Source: Gammaproteobacteria bacterium
GTDB lineage: Bacteria > Pseudomonadota > Gammaproteobacteria > GCA-001735895
DNA length: 36,275 nucleotides
NCBI GenBank assembly: GCA_041564355.1
Contig: JBFGQE010000002.1
Location: 1 to 36,275 of the forward strand
Direction of reading: 5' to 3'
Under the pieces are notes generated by a model that saw only the letters and a program-made list of their open reading frames with translations, searched no databases and was not told the DNA's origin. Positions 1-8,428 of the stretch are shown here, piece by piece. Every line of letters starts with the position of its first letter. The first letter of the stretch is position 1. A program made the translations under genes and the position numbers.

Positions 1-560
1 GGACCGATGTTGGTGACGAGGCCGATATCCGGCCGGGTGATCGTTGCCAGGCGGGCAATGTCGCCGGCTTTGCTGGCGCCCAGTTCGAGCACTGCATAAC
101 GATGGTTTTCCTGCAGCCGGAACAGGGTTAGCGGGACTCCCAGATCATTATTGTAATTTCCGCTGGTGGCCAGTACTTCGCCTTGCTGGTGCAGGATACT
201 GGTCAGCATTTCCTTGACCGTGGTTTTGCCGTTGCTGCCGGTGAGCGCAATCACGATCGGATCGCAGTGCTGGCGCCAGTGATGCGCGAGCTGGCCCATC
301 GCAAAAACACAGTCATCGACCTTCAACTGCGGGATTTGCGCGGCTTGTGCGGATTCGACCAGCGCCGCGACTGCCCCGTTGGCGCGGGCAGCCTCGACGA
401 AGTTGTGGCCGTCGAAATTATTGCCGCGGATCGCGACGAACAGCTTACCGCCGCAATCACCGCGACTGTCGATGGTGACGCCGTCGATCGCGACGTCGTC
501 GAGCCCCTCGGGCTCGATACCGAGTACCGCGGCCAGCTGATGCGTGCCGAGGTTAATCAT
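1..560 (-). CDS. murF: UDP-N-acetylmuramoyl-tripeptide--D-alanyl-D-alanine ligase MurF, N-terminal ~186 codons; continues beyond position 1
   Basis: Absent from the ORF track because it is open at the window edge. Hand translation from ATG 560-558 gives MINLGTHQLAAVLGIEPEGLDDVAIDGVTIDSRGDCGGKLFVAIRGNNFDGHNFVEAARANG...IVIALTGSNGKTTVKEMLTSIL...SGNYNNDLGVPLTLFRL. Mur-ligase P-loop TGSNGKTT. The ATG overlaps the murE stop by 8 nt. Position after murE matches dcw clusters. Confidence 0.92.
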   Translation of the reverse strand, partial: MINLGTHQLAAVLGIEPEGLDDVAIDGVTIDSRGDCGGKLFVAIRGNNFDGHNFVEAARANGAVAALVESAQAAQIPQLKVDDCVFAMGQLAHHWRQHCDPIVIALTGSNGKTTVKEMLTSILHQQGEVLATSGNYNNDLGVPLTLFRLQENHRYAVLELGASKAGDIARLATITRPDIGLVTNIG

Positions 561-2076
561 GGCTCACCTGCAACAGCTGCTGCACGACGTGCCGATCGCT
601 AAAGGGACGGCGCTCGTTGCCGATGATCTGCTCCTGTTCGTGCCCCTTGCCGGCGATGACCACCAGGTCCCCCGGGGCGGCCTGTGACAGCGCGTATTCG
701 ATAGCGGCCCGGCGGTTATGCACGACGCTGGCCAGCTCGGGCTCGCGCATACCGGCAAGAATATCGGCGACGATACTTTCCGGCGCCTCGGTGCGCGGGT
801 TGTCATCGGTGACGATGGCGTGGTCGGCAAGTTCTTCGACCGCGCGACCCATTCCCGGACGTTTGCCCGGATCGCGATCGCCGCCGCAACCGAATACACA
901 CCAGATTTCGCCGCCGCTGTGCTCGCGACAGGCGGCAAGGCAGGCGCGCAGGGCCTGTTCGGTATGCGCAAAATCGATCACCGCCGCGGCCATATCCACA
1001 GGCCCGGTGAACTTTTCCATGCGTCCCGGGATCGGCTTCAGGTCCTTCACCGCCAGTTCGATCTGGTCGTGATCGAGCCCGAGCGCGAGCAGCGTCGCGA
1101 TACAGGCCAGCGTGTTGACAATATTGAAGCGCCCGATCAGAGCGGTCACCGCGGTAACCTCGCCTAACGGGGTCCAGGCGCGAAGGTTTTGCCCGCGGTC
1201 GGTTATTTCTACCTCGAGCAGTCGCACCTCCGCTGCCGCGTTATCGTCGCCGACCACCGAGTAACGGTACAGCGAGTCGCTCGGCAGGCTGCGGCATAGC
1301 TGCAGGCCGAAATCGTCGTCGGCATTGACCACGCGCCCGGATAGCTCGAAATCGTGGAACAGGCGCGCCTTGGCCGCGGCGTAATTTTGCTGGCTGCCGT
1401 GGTAATCGAGATGATCGCGGCCCAGGTTGGTCAGCACCGCTATGTCGAAGTCGCAACCGTTGACGCGGTATTGTTGTAACGCGTGCGACGAGACTTCCAT
1501 GACCACGTATTCGCAACGCCGCTGCTGAAATTCGAACAGTCGCGCTTGCAGGCTGACCGCGTCGGGCGTGGTCAGCTGGTCCGGTGTCAGCCGGTTGCCG
1601 ATGCCGTAGCCCAGCGTGCCGATGCTGGCGCAGGATTTGCCGAGCCGAGTAAGCGCCTGGGTCAGCAGGTGGGTAACGCTCGATTTGCCGTCGGTGCCGG
1701 TGACGCCGATGATGGTCATCGCTTGACCCGGGTCGCCGTAAAAGCGGCTTACGATATGACCGTTGGCCCGCTGCAGTTGCTCGATGCCGACCCATTGCGT
1801 GCTGACCTGCTTGCGCAACAGCGGTACGCGTTGCCGACTGTACTCGTCGCTGGCATCGTATATCACCGCTACCGCCCCGGCCTTGACCGCGTCGATCGCG
1901 AAGTCGATACCGTTGCGCTGCAAGCCGGGCAACGCGATGAACGCCGATTGAGGGGTAATTTCCGCGCTGTTGCTCGCGATCGCGCGAATCTCGATTGGCG
2001 GCAGCGGATCGGTGCCGGCGAAACCTGCGAGCAGCTTGTCCAGCAGCATGCCACGAATTTTAGGGTCCGGCATCAT
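553..2076 (-). CDS. murE: UDP-N-acetylmuramoyl-L-alanyl-D-glutamate--2,6-diaminopimelate ligase
   Basis: 507-aa ORF. P-loop GVTGTDGKSS and DAP-type DDNPR motif near the C-terminus. ATGA overlap with the ftsI stop. dcw synteny. Confidence 0.95.
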   Translation of the reverse strand: MMPDPKIRGMLLDKLLAGFAGTDPLPPIEIRAIASNSAEITPQSAFIALPGLQRNGIDFAIDAVKAGAVAVIYDASDEYSRQRVPLLRKQVSTQWVGIEQLQRANGHIVSRFYGDPGQAMTIIGVTGTDGKSSVTHLLTQALTRLGKSCASIGTLGYGIGNRLTPDQLTTPDAVSLQARLFEFQQRRCEYVVMEVSSHALQQYRVNGCDFDIAVLTNLGRDHLDYHGSQQNYAAAKARLFHDFELSGRVVNADDDFGLQLCRSLPSDSLYRYSVVGDDNAAAEVRLLEVEITDRGQNLRAWTPLGEVTAVTALIGRFNIVNTLACIATLLALGLDHDQIELAVKDLKPIPGRMEKFTGPVDMAAAVIDFAHTEQALRACLAACREHSGGEIWCVFGCGGDRDPGKRPGMGRAVEELADHAIVTDDNPRTEAPESIVADILAGMREPELASVVHNRRAAIEYALSQAAPGDLVVIAGKGHEQEQIIGNERRPFSDRHVVQQLLQVSHD

Positions 2077-3809
2077 GCCCCCTCTTCCCGGGTTTTCGCG
2101 AGCGTCGGCAGGTCGTCCGGCGGCACGTCCAGGATACGCAACGCGTTGGCGATGACTTCCTGGAACACCGGCGCGGCCACGACCCCGCCGTAGTAACCGT
2201 TTTGCGTCGGCTCATCGATCATCACCGCCATCACCAGGCGCGGATTCGTTGCCGGAGCGATTCCGGCGAATACCGCCACGTAGTCGTCTTTCTGGTACCC
2301 GCCATCGATACTTTTCTTCGCCGTGCCCGTCTTGCCGGCAACGCGATAGCCGGCAACGGCAGCCTGCCTGGCGGTGCCCTCCGGCCCGACCACTTCGGTC
2401 ATCATGCGCAGCAGCTGCTTTGCGGTCGACGCTTTCATGACGTGGCGCGAGATCTGGTTATCCGGTCTGTCCTCGCCGTCCTTGCGTACCAGGCTCAGCT
2501 CGTGCAATCGGCCCTCGTTTGCGATCACCGCGTAGGCTCGCGCGAGTTGCGTGGTGGATAGCGATATGCCGTAACCGAATCCCATGGTCGCATGGTCCAG
2601 TGGTTGCCATTGACTATGGTGGCGAAAATAACCCGCCGACTCGGCCGGGAAGGAAACGCCGGTCGGCTCGCCGAAGCCATAGTCGCGAAAGCTTTGCCAG
2701 AGTTGTTCCGCTTCGAGCGCGAGCGCGATGCGCGATGCGCCGACGTTACTCGATTTGCGCAGAATTCCACCGAGGTCGAGTACGCCATAGTTGCGCGTGT
2801 CCTTGACCGGGTGACCGTTGACGAGCATGTGACCCGGGGAAGTATCGATACTGCTGTAAGCGTTGAAGCGGCCCTGGTCCAGCGCCGCGGCGAGGGTAAA
2901 CGGCTTAATCGCGGAGCCCGGTTCGAATACGTCGGTAAGTGCGCGGTTGCGTAATTGATCCGCCGCCATCGAATTGCGCCGATGCGGGTTATAAGAGGGT
3001 TGATTGACCATCGCGAGAATTTCACCGCTGCGCGCGTCGAGCAATACCGCGGATCCGGAACTGGCCGCGTGATACTTGATTGCGCGCGCCAGGCTGCGGT
3101 AGGCAATGTACTGCAGGCGCATATCGATGCTGGTGTAAAGATCGTTGCCGGACCTGGCCGGCTTGACCTGGGCGAGTTCCTCGATCACTTCGCCGTGACG
3201 ATCGCGAATCACGCGGCGCTCCCCGGGCTGAGCGCGCAGCCATTTTTCGTAGACCAGCTCCAGTCCTTCCTGCCCGTGGTCGTCGATGTCGGTAAAACCT
3301 ACCAGGTGCGAGACGACTTCGCCGGCGGGATAGTAACGATGATACTCGCGCTGCAGGTAAACGCCGTCAACACCGTTGGCGACGCGACGGGCAAATTCGG
3401 GTTCGAGCTGGCGCTTGAGATAGACGAACTCTCGACTCGCGCGCTGCTTCAGCATGGTAGCGGTATCCCGGTAGTCGAGGTTCAGCTTGTCGGTAACCTG
3501 TTTCAGCGCGGCCGGGTCCTGCAATATTTCGGACGGGTTGACCCAGATCGAATCGACCGGCGTGCTGATCGCGAGCGGGGTGCCGAACCGATCCAGTATC
3601 CCGCCACGGTAGGCGGGGGTCTCGATCGTGCGAATCTGGCGCTGTACGCCCTGGCTGGTGAGAAAATCCTGCTCGAAGATCTGCAGGTACAGCGCGCGAC
3701 CGGCAAGACCGGCCAGCATGGCGATCAGCAGCAGTAACACGAAGTAATGCCGCAGTGCGAAAAACACCGCGGCAAACTCCCGCTGCTGCAATTCGTCGGT
3801 CTTCTTCAT
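2073..3809 (-). CDS. ftsI: Peptidoglycan D,D-transpeptidase FtsI (PBP3)
   Basis: 578-aa ORF with an N-terminal TM helix (FVLLLLIAMLAGLAG). Transpeptidase motifs SAIK (SxxK), SSN (SxN) and KTGT (KTG). Overlaps the ftsL stop. Confidence 0.95.
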   Translation of the reverse strand: MKKTDELQQREFAAVFFALRHYFVLLLLIAMLAGLAGRALYLQIFEQDFLTSQGVQRQIRTIETPAYRGGILDRFGTPLAISTPVDSIWVNPSEILQDPAALKQVTDKLNLDYRDTATMLKQRASREFVYLKRQLEPEFARRVANGVDGVYLQREYHRYYPAGEVVSHLVGFTDIDDHGQEGLELVYEKWLRAQPGERRVIRDRHGEVIEELAQVKPARSGNDLYTSIDMRLQYIAYRSLARAIKYHAASSGSAVLLDARSGEILAMVNQPSYNPHRRNSMAADQLRNRALTDVFEPGSAIKPFTLAAALDQGRFNAYSSIDTSPGHMLVNGHPVKDTRNYGVLDLGGILRKSSNVGASRIALALEAEQLWQSFRDYGFGEPTGVSFPAESAGYFRHHSQWQPLDHATMGFGYGISLSTTQLARAYAVIANEGRLHELSLVRKDGEDRPDNQISRHVMKASTAKQLLRMMTEVVGPEGTARQAAVAGYRVAGKTGTAKKSIDGGYQKDDYVAVFAGIAPATNPRLVMAVMIDEPTQNGYYGGVVAAPVFQEVIANALRILDVPPDDLPTLAKTREEGA

Positions 3810-4069
3810 CGCAGTCGCACCAGCTTCACGTCCTCGGGCAGGCGCATTTTCAGGTCTTTGCGCGCCCGGGTTTCTACATTGCTATGCGTCGCCAGGGTAC
3901 TGTTCTGTAACTGCAGTTGTCCCCACTGGATAATTTGCTGATCCTGCTGTTTCTGCAGGCTGCGCAGTTCGGCAAACAGAACCCGGCTCTGGTGCTTGAC
4001 ATAAATCACGGTCAGTGCGCTGCCGAGAACCAGGGTCAACAGCAGACAAAACCAGAACTGGCGGTTCAT
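3806..4069 (-). CDS. ftsL: Cell division protein FtsL
   Basis: 87-aa ORF with one TM helix (FWFCLLLTLVLGSALTVIYV) followed by a Q/L-rich coiled-coil-like stretch. Sits exactly between rsmH and ftsI with start/stop overlaps. Confidence 0.85.
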   Translation of the reverse strand: MNRQFWFCLLLTLVLGSALTVIYVKHQSRVLFAELRSLQKQQDQQIIQWGQLQLQNSTLATHSNVETRARKDLKMRLPEDVKLVRLR

Positions 4070-5010
4070 CAGGCTGCTCGCTCGGCGACGCGCAGCACCG
4101 CGCTGCGCGCCCGGGGATTTCGTGCCAGCTCCGCGGCGCTGGCCTTGACGGCCTTGCCGACCAGTCTGAGTCGAATGCCGGATTTGACTTCGCTATCGCG
4201 CAGCGGCAGGCCTCGCGGCAGACGCGGCGCGGAACTTTGTGCGCGGAAGAAACGCTTTACCAGTCGGTCTTCCAGCGAATGGAAACTGATCATCAGCAGA
4301 CGCCCGCCGATCTTCAGGATATCGATCACCGAATCGAGCAATTGCTCTACCTGAGACAGCTCCTGGTTCACATGCATGCGGATCGCCTGGAAACTGCGTG
4401 TCGCCGGGTGCTTGTGCGCGCGCTGCGACCGCCGCTGCGGAATCGCCCCGGCAATCACCTGCGCGAGTGTGGCCGTATCCGTAATCGGCCGGTTTTGCCG
4501 CGCCTCGACTATCTTGCGCGCGATTCGCCGCGCGTGGCGTTCCTCGCCGTATTCCCACAGCACGCGGGCGATCTCGTCGGCTTCGGCCCGGGCCAGCCAG
4601 TCGGCAGCGGACTGGCCTCGCGCCGGGTTCATCCGCATGTCCAGCGGACCATTGTGCTGAAAACTGAAGCCGCGCTCGGCGTCGTCCAGTTGCGGCGACG
4701 ACACGCCAAGGTCGAGCAGGATGCCGTCTATTTGCGCAAGCCAGTCGAGCGCGGCAATGCGCGCGTGCAGATTGGCAAATTCATCGTGGATGATGATGAC
4801 GCGATGGTCGTCACCGAGCGCCTCACGCGCGGCGGCGATGGCCTCGGGATCGCGATCCATGACGATCAGGCGACCCTGTTCGCCCAGCGCCTCGAGGATA
4901 CTGTGGGCATGCCCGCCACGGCCGTAGGTGCCGTCGACATAGCGTCCGTCCGGCTTGATCGCCAGCGCGGCGATTACCTCTTCATGTAACACCGCGACGT
5001 GCGTCGTCAT
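4069..5010 (-). CDS. rsmH: 16S rRNA (cytosine1402-N4)-methyltransferase RsmH (MraW)
   Basis: The ORF track extends to 5091, but the first 27 codons (MERSHGQLARGRRRRRNAG...) overlap mraZ and look non-coding. ATG at 5010-5008 gives MTTHVAVLHEEVIAAL... and shares one base with the mraZ TGA. SAM-binding motif DGTYGRGGH. Confidence 0.93.
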   Translation of the reverse strand: MTTHVAVLHEEVIAALAIKPDGRYVDGTYGRGGHAHSILEALGEQGRLIVMDRDPEAIAAAREALGDDHRVIIIHDEFANLHARIAALDWLAQIDGILLDLGVSSPQLDDAERGFSFQHNGPLDMRMNPARGQSAADWLARAEADEIARVLWEYGEERHARRIARKIVEARQNRPITDTATLAQVIAGAIPQRRSQRAHKHPATRSFQAIRMHVNQELSQVEQLLDSVIDILKIGGRLLMISFHSLEDRLVKRFFRAQSSAPRLPRGLPLRDSEVKSGIRLRLVGKAVKASAAELARNPRARSAVLRVAERAA

Positions 5011-5489
5011 CACAGGGTCAGCTCCGCGAGTGCAGCCGGCATTTCGTCGCCGACGTCGCCCTCGAGCCAGCTGTCCATGCGATCGTTCCATAACCCCTCG
5101 TCCCAGAGTTCGAATTTCTTGCCCTGCCCTATCAGTACGACCTTCTTACCGAGCCGGGCATATTCGCGCAACGGTCCCGACAACAGCATGCGGCCATTGC
5201 CATCGACTTCGACCTCGGTGGCGTGACCGATCAAGAGGCGTTGAATGCGGCGCGTGGTGGGATTGAAACTCGGCAGGGCCTCGATCTTTTCTTCGATCTG
5301 TTCCCATTCGGGAAGCGGGTAGATTAACAGGCAGGGCTGATCGGTATCGATCGTGACGACCAACTGGCTCTGGCAGATTTCGAGCAAACGGTCCCGGTAG
5401 CGCGCGGGGAGAACGATTCTACCCTTCGCATCCAAAGACAGATTGGAAACCCCTCGAAATTTAACCACGCTTAACCCGTTATATGCCAC
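5010..5489 (-). CDS. mraZ: Transcriptional regulator MraZ
   Basis: Two SpoVT/AbrB-like halves with LDAKGRIVLP and VDGNGRMLLS motifs. First gene of the dcw cluster. The track start is a GTG at 5489 that lies inside a repeat box; the GTG at 5468 (giving M-VKFRGVSNLSLDAKGR, close to the usual MFRG N-terminus) may be the real start. Confidence 0.9.
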   Translation of the reverse strand: MAYNGLSVVKFRGVSNLSLDAKGRIVLPARYRDRLLEICQSQLVVTIDTDQPCLLIYPLPEWEQIEEKIEALPSFNPTTRRIQRLLIGHATEVEVDGNGRMLLSGPLREYARLGKKVVLIGQGKKFELWDEGLWNDRMDSWLEGDVGDEMPAALAELTL

Positions 5490-5547
5490 TTTGTGACACT
5501 TTTACCCACTAGACGACACAATATGGCTAATTTTTACCACAAGTCAA
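5485..5547 (-). promoter_or_regulatory. Candidate Pmra promoter plus an array of four MraZ-box-like direct repeats
   Basis: Gene orientation: TTGACT (5547-5542), 16 nt, CATATT (5525-5520), then immediately GTGTC gtcta GTGGG taaaa GTGTC acaaa GTGGC (5519-5485). That is four GTG-pentamers at an exact 10-bp period. An AT-rich UP-like tract (ATTTTTAC) lies upstream of the -35. Confidence 0.55.
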
Positions 5548-5706
5548 GTAAAAATGGGCTCTGATCCGGGGTCTTTTTTCAATAGGCTCAATAACTTAGC
5601 AGATCATCCTGATAAAGCGTGGGGATTTAATCATTCAAATCTTATGCTTAGGAAATTAACTTAAAGTGATACATTAAGTTTTGCCGAATTTTGTGCGATT
5701 TTGCAC

Positions 5707-5766
5707 AAAAATCGAGGCTCGCGGGCCGTCTCCGCGAAAGCCGGGGACGCAATTAATTGCGTCCCC
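5707..5766 (-). terminator. Tandem hairpins ending in a T-run downstream of rnpB (intrinsic terminator candidate)
   Basis: Perfect 24-nt palindrome GGGGACGCAATT/AATTGCGTCCCC (5743-5766). It is followed on the minus strand by GGCTTTCGCGG-AGACGGC-CCGCGAGCC (5742-5716), then TCGATTTTTG (T5 at 5711-5707). Confidence 0.6.
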
Positions 5767-5774
5767 TTCGAAGC

Positions 5775-6129
5775 AGGTGAGTCAGCCTGTAAGCCGGGTT
5801 CTGTCGAGGATAATCATTCATCTGGACCCGGAGTCGCCTCCCGGTCTCAAGCGACCAACCCGAAAACGGCGCGGGCCACGCCATGGTTTTCCTATTTGGT
5901 CTTGCTCCGGGTGGGGTTTACCCTGCCGCTCCTGTTACCAGGCGCGCGGTGCGCTCTTACCGCACCATTTCACCCTTACCGGGCTGCGCTTGCGCGCTGC
6001 GCCGGCGGTATACTTTCTGTTGCACTGGCCGTAGGCTCGCGCCCCCCAGACGTTATCTGGCACCCTGCCCTGCGGAGCCCGGACTTTCCTCCAGCCTGCG
6101 ATGCAGACCAGCGATTATCCGGCTGACTC
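5775..6129 (-). ncRNA. rnpB: RNase P RNA, bacterial type A
   Basis: The minus strand reads GAGTCAGCCGGATAATCGCTGG...GGAGGAAAGTCCGGGCTCCGCAGGGCAGGGTGCCAGATAACGTCTGGGGGG...ACAGAAAG...GGTAAGGGTGAAATGGTGCGGTAAGAGCGCACC...GGTAAACCCCACCCGGAGCAAG...ACAGAACCCGGCTTACAGGCTGACTCACCT. It contains the universally conserved P4/J-region blocks. P1 pairing is GAGTCAGCC (6129-6121) with GGCTGACTC (5787-5779). The plus-strand ORFs across this region are artefacts. Confidence 0.95.
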
Positions 6130-6136
6130 GGCGCCG

Positions 6137-6167
6137 ATTTTACGCGATGCCAGGCGTCGTCGTCTAA
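6137..6167 (-). promoter_or_regulatory. Candidate rnpB promoter
   Basis: TAAAAT (6142-6137) lies 7 nt upstream of the predicted RNA 5' end. Only a weak -35 is present (TTAGAC/TAGACG at 18-19 nt). Confidence 0.35.
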
Positions 6168-6179
6168 TTAATTTCGGGA

Positions 6180-6500
6180 TCAGGCCGCCGAGGCGTCCTC
6201 GTTATAGATAAGCTGTTGCAGCACGGTGAACTTTTCGTCGTTTTGCAGAAACGGACGTATCGCGCTGAGAACCTGTTGCCGCTCGGCCGAGTGAAACCAG
6301 CGGTTCCATGCATCCTCGTTGCTCCAGCGGGTTATTACCACGTAGTGGTTGGGGCGGTGAATTTCGGCCAGCGACTCGCCCGAAAGGTATCCCGGTGCCG
6401 CCGTAATCACGTTGAGCAATTCGGCAACCGCCTTTTCGTAGTACTTCTCGAGGCCTTCGGCCACCTCGCGTTCTATGATTACGCGGATCATGTCATTCAC
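6180..6500 (-). CDS. Small ABM-fold (antibiotic biosynthesis monooxygenase-like) protein
   Basis: 106-aa ORF. The pattern MIRVIIEREV...APGYLSGESL...HYVVITRWSNEDAWNRWFHSAERQ is typical of the ferredoxin-like ABM/Dabb domain. Divergent from the AOR gene. Confidence 0.7.
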   Translation of the reverse strand: MNDMIRVIIEREVAEGLEKYYEKAVAELLNVITAAPGYLSGESLAEIHRPNHYVVITRWSNEDAWNRWFHSAERQQVLSAIRPFLQNDEKFTVLQQLIYNEDASAA

Positions 6501-6543
6501 CTGATCTGCCAGAAACCGTCCGGCATTGTGTTCAAACAGGTCG

Positions 6544-6577
6544 GCAGGATATACAATCCTGCGAATAATACAATCCT
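6544..6577 (+). promoter_or_regulatory. Operator-like repeat cluster upstream of the AOR gene
   Basis: Palindrome GCAGGAT-ATACA-ATCCTGC (6544-6562). The 10-mer ATACAATCCT occurs twice (6551-6560 and 6568-6577, 17-nt period). The cluster ends 5 nt before the SD GAGGGG (6583-6588) and ATG 6596. Confidence 0.4.
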
Positions 6578-6595
6578 TAACCGAGGGGCATATCG

Positions 6596-8416
6596 ATGAC
6601 CTGGCAACGTCAAATTCTTCGCGTCAACCTGAGCGAGGGCAGCTGCAAGTTCGAACCGTTAAACATGGACTGGGCGCAGGATTACCTGGGGTCCCGGGGT
6701 CTCGGCAGCAAGTACCTGTATGAAGAAATGGATCCGTCGGTCGACGCGTTATCCCCGGAAAACAAGCTGATTTTCGCCACCGGTCCGCTGACCGGAACCA
6801 TGGCCTCCACCGGCGGCCGCTACACCGTTATCACCAAGGGTCCGCTGACCGGGGCGATCGCCTGCTCGAACTCGGGCGGCAAGTTCGGTGGCGAACTCAA
6901 GCTCGCCGGCTATGACCTGCTGATCATCGAGGGTGAGTCGGACAAGCCCGTTTACCTGCATATCGAGGATGACCGGGCCGAGATTTGCGATGCGGCCGAT
7001 ATCTGGGGCAAGACGGTCTGGGAAACCGAGGATTTCCTCGCCGAAAAATACCAGGACCCGCTGATGCGTTTCGCATCGATCGGCCGTGCCGGGGAAACCC
7101 TGTGCCGCTACGCCTGCGTGGTCAACGACAAGCATCGCGCCGCGGGCCGCTCCGGTGTCGGCGCGGTCATGGGTGCAAAAAAGATCAAGACTATCGCGGT
7201 ACGCGGCAGGAAGGGATTGAGCCATCCCGAGCCGAAAGCGTTTTTCGATATCATCAAGAATATCAACGCGCGCCTGACCGACCGCGAGGGCATGGCCCGC
7301 GACGGCACGCTGGCGATGATGGACGTGACCAACGGATTCGGCAGCCTGCCGACGCGCAACAATCGCAGCGTGCGTTTCGAAGGCGCCAACAAGCTGAACC
7401 CGGAGGCGATGCACACGCCGAACGAAAACGGCCACACCAACATCGTTCAGAACGGCGCCTGCTTCGCCTGCACCATCGGCTGCGGCCGGATCTGCAAGAT
7501 CGACCCGGCCCATTTCTCGGTCAAAGACCGGCCCGAGTATCACGGCGCCTCCGGCGGACTCGAGTATGAGACTGCTTACGCGCTCGGGTCCGCGGTCGGT
7601 GTCGACGATATCGACGCGGCGACTTTCGCGGGCTTCATGTGCAACGAGCATGGCATGGACCCCATATCGATGGGCGGGTCGATCGCCGCGGCAATGGAAC
7701 TGTTCGATATCGGCGCGATCGACGAGAAGACCACCGGCGGCATCAAGCTCGAGTTCGGCAACGCCGAGGCACTGTGCCAGATTTCAGAACTGACCGGCAA
7801 GGGCGAGGGATTCGGTGTCGACATCGGGCTGGGCTCGAAACGCCTGTGCGAAAAATACGGACATCCCGAGCTGTCGATGACGGTCAAGGGCCAGGAATTC
7901 GCCGCTTACGACGGCCGCTCGATGCAGGGTATGGGGCTGGCCTACGCGACCAGTAATCGCGGTGCCTGCCACCTGCGCGCGGATCCTTACGGGCATGACT
8001 TCGAAACCACCGAGATCGAGGGCAAGGCAAAAATCGTCGCCGATTCGCAGCGCGACGTCGCCTTCATCGATTCCAGCGGCCTGTGCCTGTTTCCCGGCGG
8101 CTGCGGCTGGACCCTGGAGGATTACCGCTCACTCGTCGATGCCGCCTGCGATGGCGACTGGTCCAGCGAAGCCCGCATGGTCGAGGTCGGCGAGCGTATC
8201 TGGAACCTGGAAAAGCTGTTCAATTTGAAAGCCGGCCTCGGCATGCAGGACGATACCCTGCCCCCGCGAATCCTCGAGGAGCCGGCCGATGTCGGCACCG
8301 GCAAGGGCCTGGTCTGCCGTCTCGGCGAAATGCTGCCCGAGTACTACGAGCATTGCGGCTGGGACCAGGACGGCGTGCCGAAAAAGGCGACGCTAGAGCG
8401 CCTCGGTCTCGCCTGA
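6596..8416 (+). CDS. aor: Aldehyde:ferredoxin oxidoreductase family protein (tungsto-/molybdopterin, 4Fe-4S)
   Basis: 606-aa ORF. The N-terminus (ILRVNLSEGSCKFEPL...YLGSRGLGSKYLYEEMDP..DALSPENKLIFATGPLTGT...GGRYTVITKGPLTG) aligns by eye with Pyrococcus-type AOR. Cluster motif CFACTIGC (CxxCxxxC), plus GLEYETAYALGS and DSSGLCLF pterin/cluster-region motifs. Confidence 0.92.
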   Translation: MTWQRQILRVNLSEGSCKFEPLNMDWAQDYLGSRGLGSKYLYEEMDPSVDALSPENKLIFATGPLTGTMASTGGRYTVITKGPLTGAIACSNSGGKFGGELKLAGYDLLIIEGESDKPVYLHIEDDRAEICDAADIWGKTVWETEDFLAEKYQDPLMRFASIGRAGETLCRYACVVNDKHRAAGRSGVGAVMGAKKIKTIAVRGRKGLSHPEPKAFFDIIKNINARLTDREGMARDGTLAMMDVTNGFGSLPTRNNRSVRFEGANKLNPEAMHTPNENGHTNIVQNGACFACTIGCGRICKIDPAHFSVKDRPEYHGASGGLEYETAYALGSAVGVDDIDAATFAGFMCNEHGMDPISMGGSIAAAMELFDIGAIDEKTTGGIKLEFGNAEALCQISELTGKGEGFGVDIGLGSKRLCEKYGHPELSMTVKGQEFAAYDGRSMQGMGLAYATSNRGACHLRADPYGHDFETTEIEGKAKIVADSQRDVAFIDSSGLCLFPGGCGWTLEDYRSLVDAACDGDWSSEARMVEVGERIWNLEKLFNLKAGLGMQDDTLPPRILEEPADVGTGKGLVCRLGEMLPEYYEHCGWDQDGVPKKATLERLGLA

Positions 8417-8428
8417 CGCGATTGCGAG

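Noticed and set aside
5011-5091. N-terminal extensions proposed by the ORF track for rsmH (to 5091), petC (to 19042), lpoA (from 14674), the HTH gene (to 25243) and murA (TTG at 30031).
   Set aside because: The extensions overlap the upstream genes, are R/S/G-rich and carry no homology. Internal ATGs give canonical N-termini or signal peptides and typical stop/start overlaps.
5681-6167. Three overlapping plus-strand ORFs (94-141 aa) between mraZ and the ABM gene.
   Set aside because: The region is fully explained by RNase P RNA on the minus strand, so the ORFs are translations of structured RNA.
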